This document shows, one piece after another, positions 1-7,210 of a stretch of 43,381 nt of DNA. The position numbers were made by a program, and so were the translations under genes. The DNA comes from a virus (taxonomy: Duplodnaviria; Caudoviricetes). Where the stretch lies: positions 1 to 43,381 of IMG/VR virus record IMGVR_UViG_3300023252_000165; one strand, given 5' to 3'. Below the pieces are notes generated by a model. That model did not search any database and was not told the origin of the DNA. It saw only the letters and a list, made by a program, of their open reading frames with translations. How positions within the stretch are numbered: position 1 is the stretch's first letter; every line of letters begins with the position of its first letter.

Positions 1-963
1 TTATTTTTTATCATTAATAATTTCAACAATATCTCTCAATAATTTATTTAAGTCATTCTTATGTCCCAATAACCTATTCATTTCTCCGTCAATCGAATCT
101 TGAGTAGCCCAACGAATGGTTCTTCCTATTTTATGCAGTTCCGGTGTTCGAAAACGTTGTTCAAAATTATCAACTGTATGTAAAACGTCCCAGATTTTCT
201 TTGTGGCAGGATTTTTTGCATCACTAAAATTTTTTATAAAGAAAGAACGTACTTTAGTTGCAGCAAATGTTTTATCAAACATTTCCGGTGATTCTAAAAG
301 AACTGCTAACCCCATTAATTTTTCCCAAAGTGCACGAATTCTAATAATTGCATTGTTAATATACATATAACGCTTAAACCTTGAAACAGAGTCCTTTTGC
401 GTACTACTTGCTAATTGGAACATATCATAATCTATTGCAAACCATATTGTCTTAATATCAACAAGCATACCAATTAATTTGTGCTCATATTCCTCTGCTA
501 TGTTTATGTTATCAAACAAATCATTTATATTGAATTCTTTAAATGGAACAATCAACCCAATCGAGTCACTAAATTCATCACACATTCTGTCTATATCTTC
601 TAAATTAATATTATCTTTTTTACTAACTAATGTGGAGTCCACTTCTGAAACCAACCGTAAATGTGCATCCTTTAATAAATCTAACAATTCTTGATCATCT
701 TGATTACAAATTTTTAATTGTTTGTTCGACAAGATACCAGTTTTACCTTCTATTATTACTGGTATTGTGAGATTTTCAGGCAACCAGCCTTCCACATCCT
801 CTATAGATACACCGTCTATTTTCACAACTTCTGCCATGTGTTCTCTGTCGCCAGAAAATTTTATTTGTTTTTTTTGCAAATTCTTTTTAAAATCGGATAA
901 TCCCGCAAAACCAAAACCAGATTCGAGTAACACCTTATTTGAAAATATTAGTGAAATATTCAT
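1..963 (-). CDS. HEPN-domain protein (Cthe_2314-like C-terminus), candidate anti-phage RNase
   Basis: 320 aa; AAAGGAG RBS; helical C-terminal region 'YINNAIIRIRALWEKL...FRTPELH' with R-x4-H motif; AT-rich. Confidence 0.6.
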   Translation of the reverse strand: MNISLIFSNKVLLESGFGFAGLSDFKKNLQKKQIKFSGDREHMAEVVKIDGVSIEDVEGWLPENLTIPVIIEGKTGILSNKQLKICNQDDQELLDLLKDAHLRLVSEVDSTLVSKKDNINLEDIDRMCDEFSDSIGLIVPFKEFNINDLFDNINIAEEYEHKLIGMLVDIKTIWFAIDYDMFQLASSTQKDSVSRFKRYMYINNAIIRIRALWEKLMGLAVLLESPEMFDKTFAATKVRSFFIKNFSDAKNPATKKIWDVLHTVDNFEQRFRTPELHKIGRTIRWATQDSIDGEMNRLLGHKNDLNKLLRDIVEIINDKK

Positions 964-1082
964 TGTTTCTAATCTCCTTTATATCAAATGAATTGCTGAG
1001 AAAAATACCACTAATGTTAAGTATTATTCATCATTAATTAAATAATACATCATTTTACATTTATCTAGTTAACTATTCCCAA

Positions 1083-1973
1083 TCACCACTCCAACCAATT
1101 ATCTATTGATGGTCTACTAGAACCACATTGTGGAAGGCAATCACGTTCATTTAGCCAGTTATAAAACGGTACTGGCCGTTCTTTATAAGGAGTTTCTTCT
1201 ATAGATAGCGAATCGTTCATCTTATTGCTTAGACGCTCTGTAGCTTTGTTAAAAGCACCTACAAACACAGCGCGTAATGTACTAGCTACAGTCAAAGTAC
1301 CTTCTTTAATATCCATTGCAATCTTGAATAGAACATTTTTGGCTTTAATGAAGTCAGGTGCATTTTGAACCTGTGCAGCTAATACAACCTTGTGTAATTC
1401 ATCTTTCAAGTTATCAGCCAATGGCAAGCTATTCATGAAATCAAATAGCATCACCTGGTACTCGTTCATGTATTCTTTTTTCTTTTCAGCTTGCAAAGCC
1501 AATTCATTACCAAGACTCATAATATTATTTGCTTGTTTAGAACTTAAAAGATTAAAAGAGTTTAAAGATAGGTTTTCAGACTGTGGGCGGCAAACCACGT
1601 CATTACTGCTTTCATCGGCTATCACTCGTTGGGACACGCTCGATGGGACATACGGTAGAATGCGATAAATACTTGCCCCTTTGATGCCGTTTAATTTGCT
1701 TTGCGCTACCTTTTCTACAATGCCTAATTCCACTAATTTCTTAACACTTCGATAAACCGTCTTTGTACTGATCTCCAATGCATCAGCAATTGTTGAAGCC
1801 TTTAAATGGCATGCTCCTGTATGTTCTAAGCTGTGACTAGCCAGTTTGTAAACGATAGCTCGTTCTGATTCTGTTAGGTCGTAATAGTGAACTGCCATGT
1901 GGTCCTCCACACTCTTATCCATATCTGCTACTGAATCGAATGTTGTGTATTGTGCTAAGTATTCGAATGCCAT
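1083..1973 (-). CDS. Winged-HTH protein, replication-initiator-like
   Basis: N-terminal HTH 'ASTIADALEISTKTVYRSVKKLVELGIVEK'; C-terminal PFYNWL/DNWLEW motifs; GAGGTGA RBS. Confidence 0.65.
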   Translation of the reverse strand: MAFEYLAQYTTFDSVADMDKSVEDHMAVHYYDLTESERAIVYKLASHSLEHTGACHLKASTIADALEISTKTVYRSVKKLVELGIVEKVAQSKLNGIKGASIYRILPYVPSSVSQRVIADESSNDVVCRPQSENLSLNSFNLLSSKQANNIMSLGNELALQAEKKKEYMNEYQVMLFDFMNSLPLADNLKDELHKVVLAAQVQNAPDFIKAKNVLFKIAMDIKEGTLTVASTLRAVFVGAFNKATERLSNKMNDSLSIEETPYKERPVPFYNWLNERDCLPQCGSSRPSIDNWLEW

Positions 1974-1992
1974 TTTTGTTTCACCTCATTCC

Positions 1993-2108
1993 TATACCAA
2001 TATTCGTATATACGTTTATTTAGATACATCATAATATACGCATATTCGTATAGTCAATACCTTTTAATAAAATTTATTCGATATTGCGTATAAACGTATA
2101 TTCTGATA
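1993..2108. promoter_or_regulatory. Five copies of an 18-bp operator, consensus TATACG-N6-CGTATA, between divergent genes
   Basis: Copies at 1993-2010, 2009-2026, 2035-2052 (perfect arms), 2075-2092, 2091-2108. Confidence 0.7.
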
Positions 2109-2147
2109 TATTTTAGATATGGATTAATTGATGAAAGGTGGTTTAAC

Positions 2148-2345
2148 ATGCGGATAAAACTAAAAGAAGTAATGGATGAAAGAGGACTTACACAATCAAA
2201 ATTGGCTGAAATGACAGGAATTCGCCAAGCAGCTATCAGTGAAATTGTTAATAATCGTAGAGATACAATTAACAAAGCGCATTTAGAAACCATTTGTAAG
2301 ACCTTAGAAATAACAAGCTTTGACGATATATTGGAATGGGACTAA
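2148..2345 (+). CDS. XRE/Cro-C1 (HTH_26, YozG-like) transcriptional regulator
   Basis: 65 aa 'LTQSKLAEMTGIRQAAISEIVNN'; AAAGGTGG RBS. Confidence 0.9.
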   Translation: MRIKLKEVMDERGLTQSKLAEMTGIRQAAISEIVNNRRDTINKAHLETICKTLEITSFDDILEWD

Positions 2346-2376
2346 CAGATAACTAATTAAAGTTGTCTGTTTTTTT
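2344..2376 (+). terminator. Intrinsic terminator
   Basis: AACAGATAACT/AGTTGTCTGTT stem followed by T-run. Confidence 0.7.
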
Positions 2377-2432
2377 ATGTATACAATTCATGGGGAATTT
2401 CCTAAAATGGTAATAATGAGGGAGGTTATACA

Positions 2433-2873
2433 ATGAAGAAGATGTTTTACATAGGGGCACTGTCAGCCATGTTGCTAACAGCATGTGGAGAAGATGAGGC
2501 TGCACCTATAGAAGAAGCCCCTGCAAGCGATCAAGCAGAAGCTAAAGAACAACCCGTTACAGCTGAAACATCCCAAGAAGACCAAGATACACAATTAAAA
2601 GAAGAAGCTATAGCAATTGGATTTGTTGAAGCGAACGGTGGGGAAATTGCGAAGGACACTAAAGTAAAAATTAAAGGGAAAATCACTAATATTACAGATG
2701 ATGGAATGAAATTCACTTTAACAACTACAGAAGGTGATGGTTATGGAATGTATAGCATCATTAATGTTGTTTTAAAGGAAATTAGTTTAGATGAAGAGAT
2801 AACTATTTACGGGCGTTATAACGGGAAAGATGATTTAGGTTTTCCTACCATTGCTGCATCAATCATAGAATAA
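2433..2873 (+). CDS. Lipoprotein with acidic linker and OB-fold-like C-terminal domain
   Basis: Lipobox LLTAC; E/A/Q-rich linker; 'KVKIKGKITNI...ITIYGRYNG' beta pattern; GGAGG RBS. Confidence 0.8.
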   Translation: MKKMFYIGALSAMLLTACGEDEAAPIEEAPASDQAEAKEQPVTAETSQEDQDTQLKEEAIAIGFVEANGGEIAKDTKVKIKGKITNITDDGMKFTLTTTEGDGYGMYSIINVVLKEISLDEEITIYGRYNGKDDLGFPTIAASIIE

Positions 2874-2900
2874 GTCACTCACTCGAGTGGCTTTTTTATT
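2872..2900 (+). terminator. Intrinsic terminator
   Basis: AAGTCACTC-actc-GAGTGGCTT followed by TTTT. Confidence 0.75.
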
Positions 2901-2944
2901 ATGCAAATTTTTAACATAATACAGAAATAAAACATCAAAATCTG

Positions 2945-2973
2945 TTGACGTTAGTAAATAGATGTAGTATAAT
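2945..2973 (+). promoter_or_regulatory. SigA promoter TTGACG-17-TATAAT
   Basis: Near-consensus -35 (2945-2950) and perfect -10 (2968-2973). Confidence 0.85.
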
Positions 2974-2999
2974 AAGAATATAGAAAGGAGGTGAACAAA

Positions 3000-3146
3000 G
3001 TGGATTATGATAAGGTTCTAGCTTACCTAGTAGCTATCGCAACAATCGCAAACTTACTTACAAGTTCAGCGAAAAACATAAGCGATATGAAAAGTAAGAA
3101 AAAAGAAAAGCGACGCACTCCCGCAAAGAAGAAACGTCGCAAATAG
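3000..3146 (+). CDS. 48-aa peptide with hydrophobic N-terminus and very basic tail (type I toxin-like); not in ORF track
   Basis: GAAAGGAGGTG RBS and GTG start; MDYDKVLAYLVAIATIANLLTSSAKNISDMKSKKKEKRRTPAKKKRRK. Confidence 0.75.
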   Translation: MDYDKVLAYLVAIATIANLLTSSAKNISDMKSKKKEKRRTPAKKKRRK

Positions 3147-3175
3147 CTAGTAGAAGGAGGTTAGCCCCTCCTTCC
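3099..3175 (-). ncRNA. Predicted ~75-nt cis-antisense RNA (antitoxin-like)
   Basis: Minus-strand promoter TTTTCA(3204-3209)-17-TAAGAT(3181-3186) with extended TG; hairpin 3153-3174; terminator stem GCGACG/CGTCGC (3110-3140) followed by U-run. Confidence 0.6.
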
Positions 3176-3202
3176 CTATAATCTTATCACATCCTAATCA
3201 TT

Positions 3203-3376
3203 ATGAAAAACATCGGATATGTTATTGCTTTAGCATTTGCCTTGTACATTTTGACTGATATGGTTAACTGGAAAGACCCCAAGTTTTTTGATTACTCAAT
3301 GATAGTCATTTACTCACTATGCTTAATTTTAGTAAGTTTTAATATCGTTTTATTCTTTAGAAAGAAAAGAGGTTAA
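3203..3376 (+). CDS. 57-aa two-TM membrane protein; not in ORF track
   Basis: MKNIGYVIALAFALYILTDMVNWKDPKFFDYSMIVIYSLCLILVSFNIVLFFRKKRG; no Shine-Dalgarno directly upstream. Confidence 0.6.
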   Translation: MKNIGYVIALAFALYILTDMVNWKDPKFFDYSMIVIYSLCLILVSFNIVLFFRKKRG

Positions 3377-3380
3377 TGCA

Positions 3381-3629
3381 TTGACTGAATACAAAGCAGC
3401 TAATAAAGAAGAATTTATTAAATTGGTTCAATCTGAAATATTAAATACAACAGAAGTATTAGAGGAACTACAGATATCTCGCCAGGCATTAAATTCACTT
3501 GTTAAACGAGGCAAGATAGTTCCTGTAAAAGAACTAAGTCGCGATCGATTATTCTTAAAAGAAGATATTAAAAGTCGAAAAAATGTAGCTAAAGGGCTTC
3601 AATCAAAGTATAGACCCTATGATGAATAA
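3381..3629 (+). CDS. Excisionase/MerR-like HTH DNA-binding protein
   Basis: 'ILNTTEVLEELQISRQALNSLVKRGKIVP...RLF' winged-helix pattern; AGAGG RBS, TTG start. Confidence 0.8.
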   Translation: MTEYKAANKEEFIKLVQSEILNTTEVLEELQISRQALNSLVKRGKIVPVKELSRDRLFLKEDIKSRKNVAKGLQSKYRPYDE

Positions 3630-3631
3630 AC

Positions 3632-3678
3632 AAAAAAGACCAGGTACTCACTTAATGATGAGCGCCTGGTTATTTGTT
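3632..3678. terminator. Bidirectional terminator between convergent genes
   Basis: AAAAAAGACCAGG...CCTGGTTATTT. Confidence 0.65.
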
Positions 3679-4011
3679 TATGTGATTTAGTAGCAACGCT
3701 TCAACATCATACTTTAATGTGTGTTGCGCATATTTTAATACCTCATCTTCCCCAGCTGTCGTTATGGTAATATCACTAAAATATTCGTCTGTCTTTTCCC
3801 ATTTTACTATGCTTATCTTTTGCTTTTTCAACACTCTTTTGAGGTTGTAATAATCATTATGCATTGCCTTTAATAACCCATCCAAAATAGGTAGATATAC
3901 AGCTTTCATCTTCAAAGTTTCAATCACTTTGTAATCACGCTGTACGGATTGGATAGCTAATTCTAAAATGATAAATTGGTGTAATTGCCTGCGCTGTTCC
4001 ATATTAATCAT
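3670..4011 (-). CDS. YhjD-like hypothetical protein
   Basis: 113 aa; 'IILELAIQSVQRDYKVI...KMKAVYL' resembles B. subtilis SOS-regulon YhjD (from recall); start overlaps stop of upstream gene. Confidence 0.5.
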   Translation of the reverse strand: MINMEQRRQLHQFIILELAIQSVQRDYKVIETLKMKAVYLPILDGLLKAMHNDYYNLKRVLKKQKISIVKWEKTDEYFSDITITTAGEDEVLKYAQHTLKYDVEALLLNHINK

Positions 4012-4229
4012 ATGACGTTACGCTCACTTTGAGGGACTGGAACAACTGCCAAAACGTTGTTGATAGTAAAAGTACGCTTCGCTTGTCGAGTAAAGCAGAA
4101 TGCTTGAAATGAATCACCGATAACCTTAATGAGTTTTACTCGCCTTTTTGTAATCTCACCACTTTTGGACACATACATCATGTTTACTATTTGATTGCGT
4201 TGCATAGCTTTTACCAGTTGTTCTCTCAT
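4008..4229 (-). CDS. Stand-alone WYL/YolD-like SH3-fold protein
   Basis: 'MMYVSKSGEITKRRVK...FQAFCFTRQAKRTFTINNV' WYL pattern; start moved to ATG 4229 (GAAGGAG RBS). Confidence 0.75.
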   Translation of the reverse strand: MREQLVKAMQRNQIVNMMYVSKSGEITKRRVKLIKVIGDSFQAFCFTRQAKRTFTINNVLAVVPVPQSERNVI

Positions 4230-4249
4230 CACTTTACACTCCTTCAATA

Positions 4250-4290
4250 AGAACATTTGTTTGTATTTATATTATACGCACATTCGTTCT
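4250..4290 (-). promoter_or_regulatory. Two LexA (SOS) boxes flanking a TATAAT -10
   Basis: AGAACATTTGTTTG (4250-4263) and CGCACATTCGTTCT (4277-4290) vs Bacillus CGAAC-N4-GTTCG; -10 at 4271-4276. Confidence 0.7.
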
Positions 4291-4314
4291 ATTTTAAAAG
4301 TGTGATTTTTTGAG

Positions 4315-4358
4315 AAAAAAAAAGACCAGGCTCACTGTGAAGTGATAGCCTGGTTCTT
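4315..4358 (-). terminator. Intrinsic terminator, paralogous to 3632-3678
   Basis: A9-GACCAGGCT...AGCCTGGTT. Confidence 0.65.
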
Positions 4359-4389
4359 ATAGTATGTGTGTCTACTATAATTGTATTGA

Positions 4390-4438
4390 TAGAACACTGA
4401 TTATAAGGTATATAATACACCTTATAATCAGTGTTCTA
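4390..4438. repeat. Perfect inverted repeat, 20-bp arms, 9-bp spacer
   Basis: TAGAACACTGATTATAAGGT-atataatac-ACCTTATAATCAGTGTTCTA. Confidence 0.95.
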
Positions 4439-4543
4439 CAAAGAGCCCCAAAACGTTGATTTAAATATTCTAAACTAATGTATGGATCAGTAAAGGATAA
4501 AGTGGTCTGAGATATTTTATAGACTAATTCTATATATCAAACT

Positions 4544-4587
4544 AAAAAAATACTGTATGTAATCCAAATAGATCACATACAGTATTT
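4544..4587 (-). terminator. Intrinsic terminator of the secreted-protein operon
   Basis: AAATACTGTATGT/ACATACAGTATTT stem, U7 on minus strand. Confidence 0.7.
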
Positions 4588-4588
4588 C

Positions 4589-4672
4589 TTATATTGAGAC
4601 AAGTAATGAAAACACTATTACACCAGCAATAACTAATCCTAAAATAGTGGGTATAATTTTAGATTTAAGAAT
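4589..4672 (-). CDS. 27-aa single-TM peptide with ATT start (candidate immunity peptide)
   Basis: AGAGAGGTGA RBS right after upstream stop; (M)LKSKIIPTILGLVIAGVIVFSLLVSI; ends just before terminator. Confidence 0.4.
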   Translation of the reverse strand: MLKSKIIPTILGLVIAGVIVFSLLVSI

Positions 4673-4684
4673 AAAATCACCTCT

Positions 4685-5359
4685 TTATTGTGGCTCTATA
4701 TCATAGACCATAGCCCAAGTCATATCAACTATTATTCCAGTATTGCGTGAATTATTTGCAGATACACGTGATGCGTATAGTGAACAATATGCTGTTGTAC
4801 CTATACTAGCCCAACCCATTCCTGGAATCCAAAATCCTAGAAGACCAGCTCCCGCAGCTCCCGCAGCTACACTATATAAATCAGCTGAAAATTTATTGGC
4901 ATCGCAAGAATCAAATTTCCTACTTTTCCCCCACCAGTACTCTACAGCGGGTTTTGTTACTCCATTACAATTGCCTAATAAAGATACCCCACCGTTCGGT
5001 GAGTATGTATTGTAATCAGATTCTAAATTAGTGATTTCTAAACTTTTATTAGCTTTTAATGTACCTTCTTCTATTTCTAAATTAAGTGAATCGAAATATT
5101 TTTGCTGACCCTCTAATAGCGCTAAGCTAACACCATCTTTAACAGCACTCGTTGTATCTAAAATAAATAAACCTTCATTATTGACAGATACATATTTCTC
5201 CAAAGACATTATGTCTTCAAAAGTAAATTCACCTTCAATATTTTTTGTTTGAATAGTTGATTCAACATTATTCTCTGCTGCAAATGCGCGAGAACCTGAA
5301 AAAGAAAACATAGAAAAGATTAAAGCTAACGATAACATGAAACTAAAAGATTTCTTCAT
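4685..5359 (-). CDS. Sec-secreted protein with Gly/Ala-rich hydrophobic C-terminal domain (bacteriocin-like)
   Basis: Signal peptide ending AFA-AE; C-terminal 'VAAGAAGAGLLGFWIPGMGWASIG'; AAAGGAG RBS. Confidence 0.6.
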   Translation of the reverse strand: MKKSFSFMLSLALIFSMFSFSGSRAFAAENNVESTIQTKNIEGEFTFEDIMSLEKYVSVNNEGLFILDTTSAVKDGVSLALLEGQQKYFDSLNLEIEEGTLKANKSLEITNLESDYNTYSPNGGVSLLGNCNGVTKPAVEYWWGKSRKFDSCDANKFSADLYSVAAGAAGAGLLGFWIPGMGWASIGTTAYCSLYASRVSANNSRNTGIIVDMTWAMVYDIEPQ

Positions 5360-5647
5360 TCAACATCACTCTCCTTTTTTTTACAGTTTACCATAACAAG
5401 GAATTTCAAACTACTACTTTTTAAAAAATAGTACTATTTTACTTATTTTTAAATAACTCACAACAGATAAACTTACTCATAAATTTATATTTTTTTCTAA
5501 AATCTATTTTACCTAAATTAGTTTTTAATTAAGAGCAAAAAGTAACTAAATGTTATTATAATAGATTCAATAGACCCGCTAATAAAAAAATACCGATAAA
5601 TCTTTACCTTAAACTGAATATTACGAGGTGTAAATAACTAACACAAG

Positions 5648-5692
5648 AAAAGCCGAAAAACGTTGATTTAACAACATTCTCGGCTTTTTTTT
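5648..5692. terminator. Bidirectional terminator-like hairpin containing AAAACGTTGATTTAA repeat
   Basis: AAAAGCCGA...TCGGCTTTTTTTT; the 15-mer also occurs at 4450-4464. Confidence 0.6.
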
Positions 5693-5729
5693 AGGGATAC
5701 TCTTTTGTCAATTTTATATAGATTAATCA

Positions 5730-6119
5730 TTAAATTAGTTTCGAATAAATAACCATCGTTAAAGGAATTGATGTAATCATAATGCAAAATAAAACAATTA
5801 AAACTTGCATGGCACTTATACTTAAAGTAATTGGCCCTAGTGTTCCAGTCAATAAAAACAGTATTAGGAACGCCCCGAATAATACAAAATAATTTACGGT
5901 CATACTCTTACCTATAATTTCTTTTGTACGCTCATCTCTAGGAAATAAATGAGGTGACAAATAAGACATCATTAATGCACTTGTACCTATGAAAAAACAA
6001 ATAATACCCTCTGGAAATTGCTGATTTTCAATGTATGGGTAATTTATATAAATACCTAGTGGAATCATTATAATACCCAAAAATAGGTATGCTAGTTGAT
6101 TTTCACGTGCTTTTTTCAT
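5730..6119 (-). CDS. Four-TM membrane protein (DUF2178-like 'DER' motif)
   Basis: Four hydrophobic segments; 'RDERTKEIIGKSM' loop; ATGA overlap with upstream XRE gene. Confidence 0.75.
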   Translation of the reverse strand: MKKARENQLAYLFLGIIMIPLGIYINYPYIENQQFPEGIICFFIGTSALMMSYLSPHLFPRDERTKEIIGKSMTVNYFVLFGAFLILFLLTGTLGPITLSISAMQVLIVLFCIMITSIPLTMVIYSKLI

Positions 6120-6319
6120 TCAAATTCCCCCTCATAAATAAATATATCTTCAATCTTGCAGTGGAACATTTCTGCTAATTTAAAAGCTAAAATAATAGAC
6201 GGGTTATATTTTTCTTTTTCAAGTGAAATAATCGTTTGTCTAGAAACAGAAAGCTTTTCTGCCAACTCGTCCTGAGTCATATTGCGTTGGACTCGTAAAA
6301 TCTTAATATTATTTTTAAT
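6116..6319 (-). CDS. XRE-family HTH regulator with ATT start; not in ORF track
   Basis: (M)KNNIKILRVQRNMTQDELAEKLSVSRQTIISLEKEKYNPSIILAFKLAEMFHCKIEDIFIYEGEFE; G7 RBS 5 nt upstream; in-frame stop further upstream. Confidence 0.85.
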   Translation of the reverse strand: MKNNIKILRVQRNMTQDELAEKLSVSRQTIISLEKEKYNPSIILAFKLAEMFHCKIEDIFIYEGEFE

Positions 6320-6336
6320 AGTAACCCCCCCAATAT

Positions 6337-6373
6337 GTAAAGTTTATTTTACTTTTAGTTAAGCTTACTTTAC
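6337..6373. promoter_or_regulatory. Two palindromic operators 21 bp apart
   Basis: GTAAAGTTTATTTTAC (6337-6352) and GTTAAGCTTACTTTAC (6358-6373). Confidence 0.6.
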
Positions 6374-6495
6374 TTTCGTTCGAAAAGCAAGGCCCAAAAG
6401 AGGCTTTTGGGTACATTTTTTCCTTACCGTTATAAATCCCCATTTTTCTGACTATACCTCTTAATAATGAATACTTCCAATTCCTTAATACCAAT

Positions 6496-6533
6496 AAAAA
6501 AGCCCAGACTCAAATTAAATGAATCTGGGCTTT
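6496..6533 (-). terminator. Late operon terminator after endolysin
   Basis: AAAAAAGCCCAGA...TCTGGGCTTT. Confidence 0.8.
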
Positions 6534-6538
6534 ACCGT

Positions 6539-7210
6539 TTATTGATTTTCTCGTCGTTGTTGAATCGTAATATACAAACCAATCAAACGATCAGTTGTCA
6601 TGATTCCACTTTGTAAATCCTTCAAGTGTGAATCTTGAATAATACCGTCCTTTACCGCCTGAGCAATAAAGTTTTCTGTTTCAGTTTTCATAGCTGGTGA
6701 ACCTGGATTCCAATTTGTATTTGCCACAATAGTTTCCTCCTTTTTGTCTTCCACAATTAATTGGACTTTCATTTTGCTGTTACTTGGTACAATTACTTGC
6801 CCTTCTAATTTGTAGCCTTTTGGCATTAACCAAGTTGGTTTAACTTGAAAATGAGGACGATCAATAGCGTTTGTCCAAGTGCCGCCCCATTCGATTCCTA
6901 GCTTTTTCGCAATAGCTCCTACTCGATTTAATGTAACGACATCATACAATGATTGTGGAGGGCCAACTGCGATATCCCACGCTAATCGTGATTTATGATT
7001 GCTATCTAATGTCCAGGTTACAATTTGCCCTGGTCGCGTTCTACCTTGTGCATAGAGGTACTTTTGCCGTTCTTGTGAGCGATATGTTTCAGTGATGAAG
7101 ATGTTCTTAATGCCTGCTTTGTAACACTCCTGGAATAGTAATCGACATGCTGTTTGTGCTGCAGGTAATAGTTCGGCTAAATCTCGGCATGTAGTTGTTA
7201 CACTTGTCAT
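6539..7210 (-). CDS. Endolysin, M15 family L-Ala-D-Glu peptidase
   Basis: 'ITETYRSQERQKYLYAQGRT', 'SNH...AWDI', 'WGGTW...DRPHFQ' motifs. Confidence 0.93.
   Translation of the reverse strand: MTSVTTTCRDLAELLPAAQTACRLLFQECYKAGIKNIFITETYRSQERQKYLYAQGRTRPGQIVTWTLDSNHKSRLAWDIAVGPPQSLYDVVTLNRVGAIAKKLGIEWGGTWTNAIDRPHFQVKPTWLMPKGYKLEGQVIVPSNSKMKVQLIVEDKKEETIVANTNWNPGSPAMKTETENFIAQAVKDGIIQDSHLKDLQSGIMTTDRLIGLYITIQQRRENQ

Noticed and set aside
2054-2293. 79-aa minus-strand ORF
   Set aside because: Antisense to the XRE gene and runs through the operator region
3146-3203. Read-through or frameshift fusion of the 48-aa and 57-aa ORFs
   Set aside because: Stops intervene in both frames (TAG at 3162 in frame 0, TAA at 3179 in the second ORF's frame)
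4390-4438. Palindrome as a protelomerase (telRL) site of a linear prophage
   Set aside because: No protelomerase gene; the 9-bp asymmetric spacer is unlike telRL; the phage has an integrase
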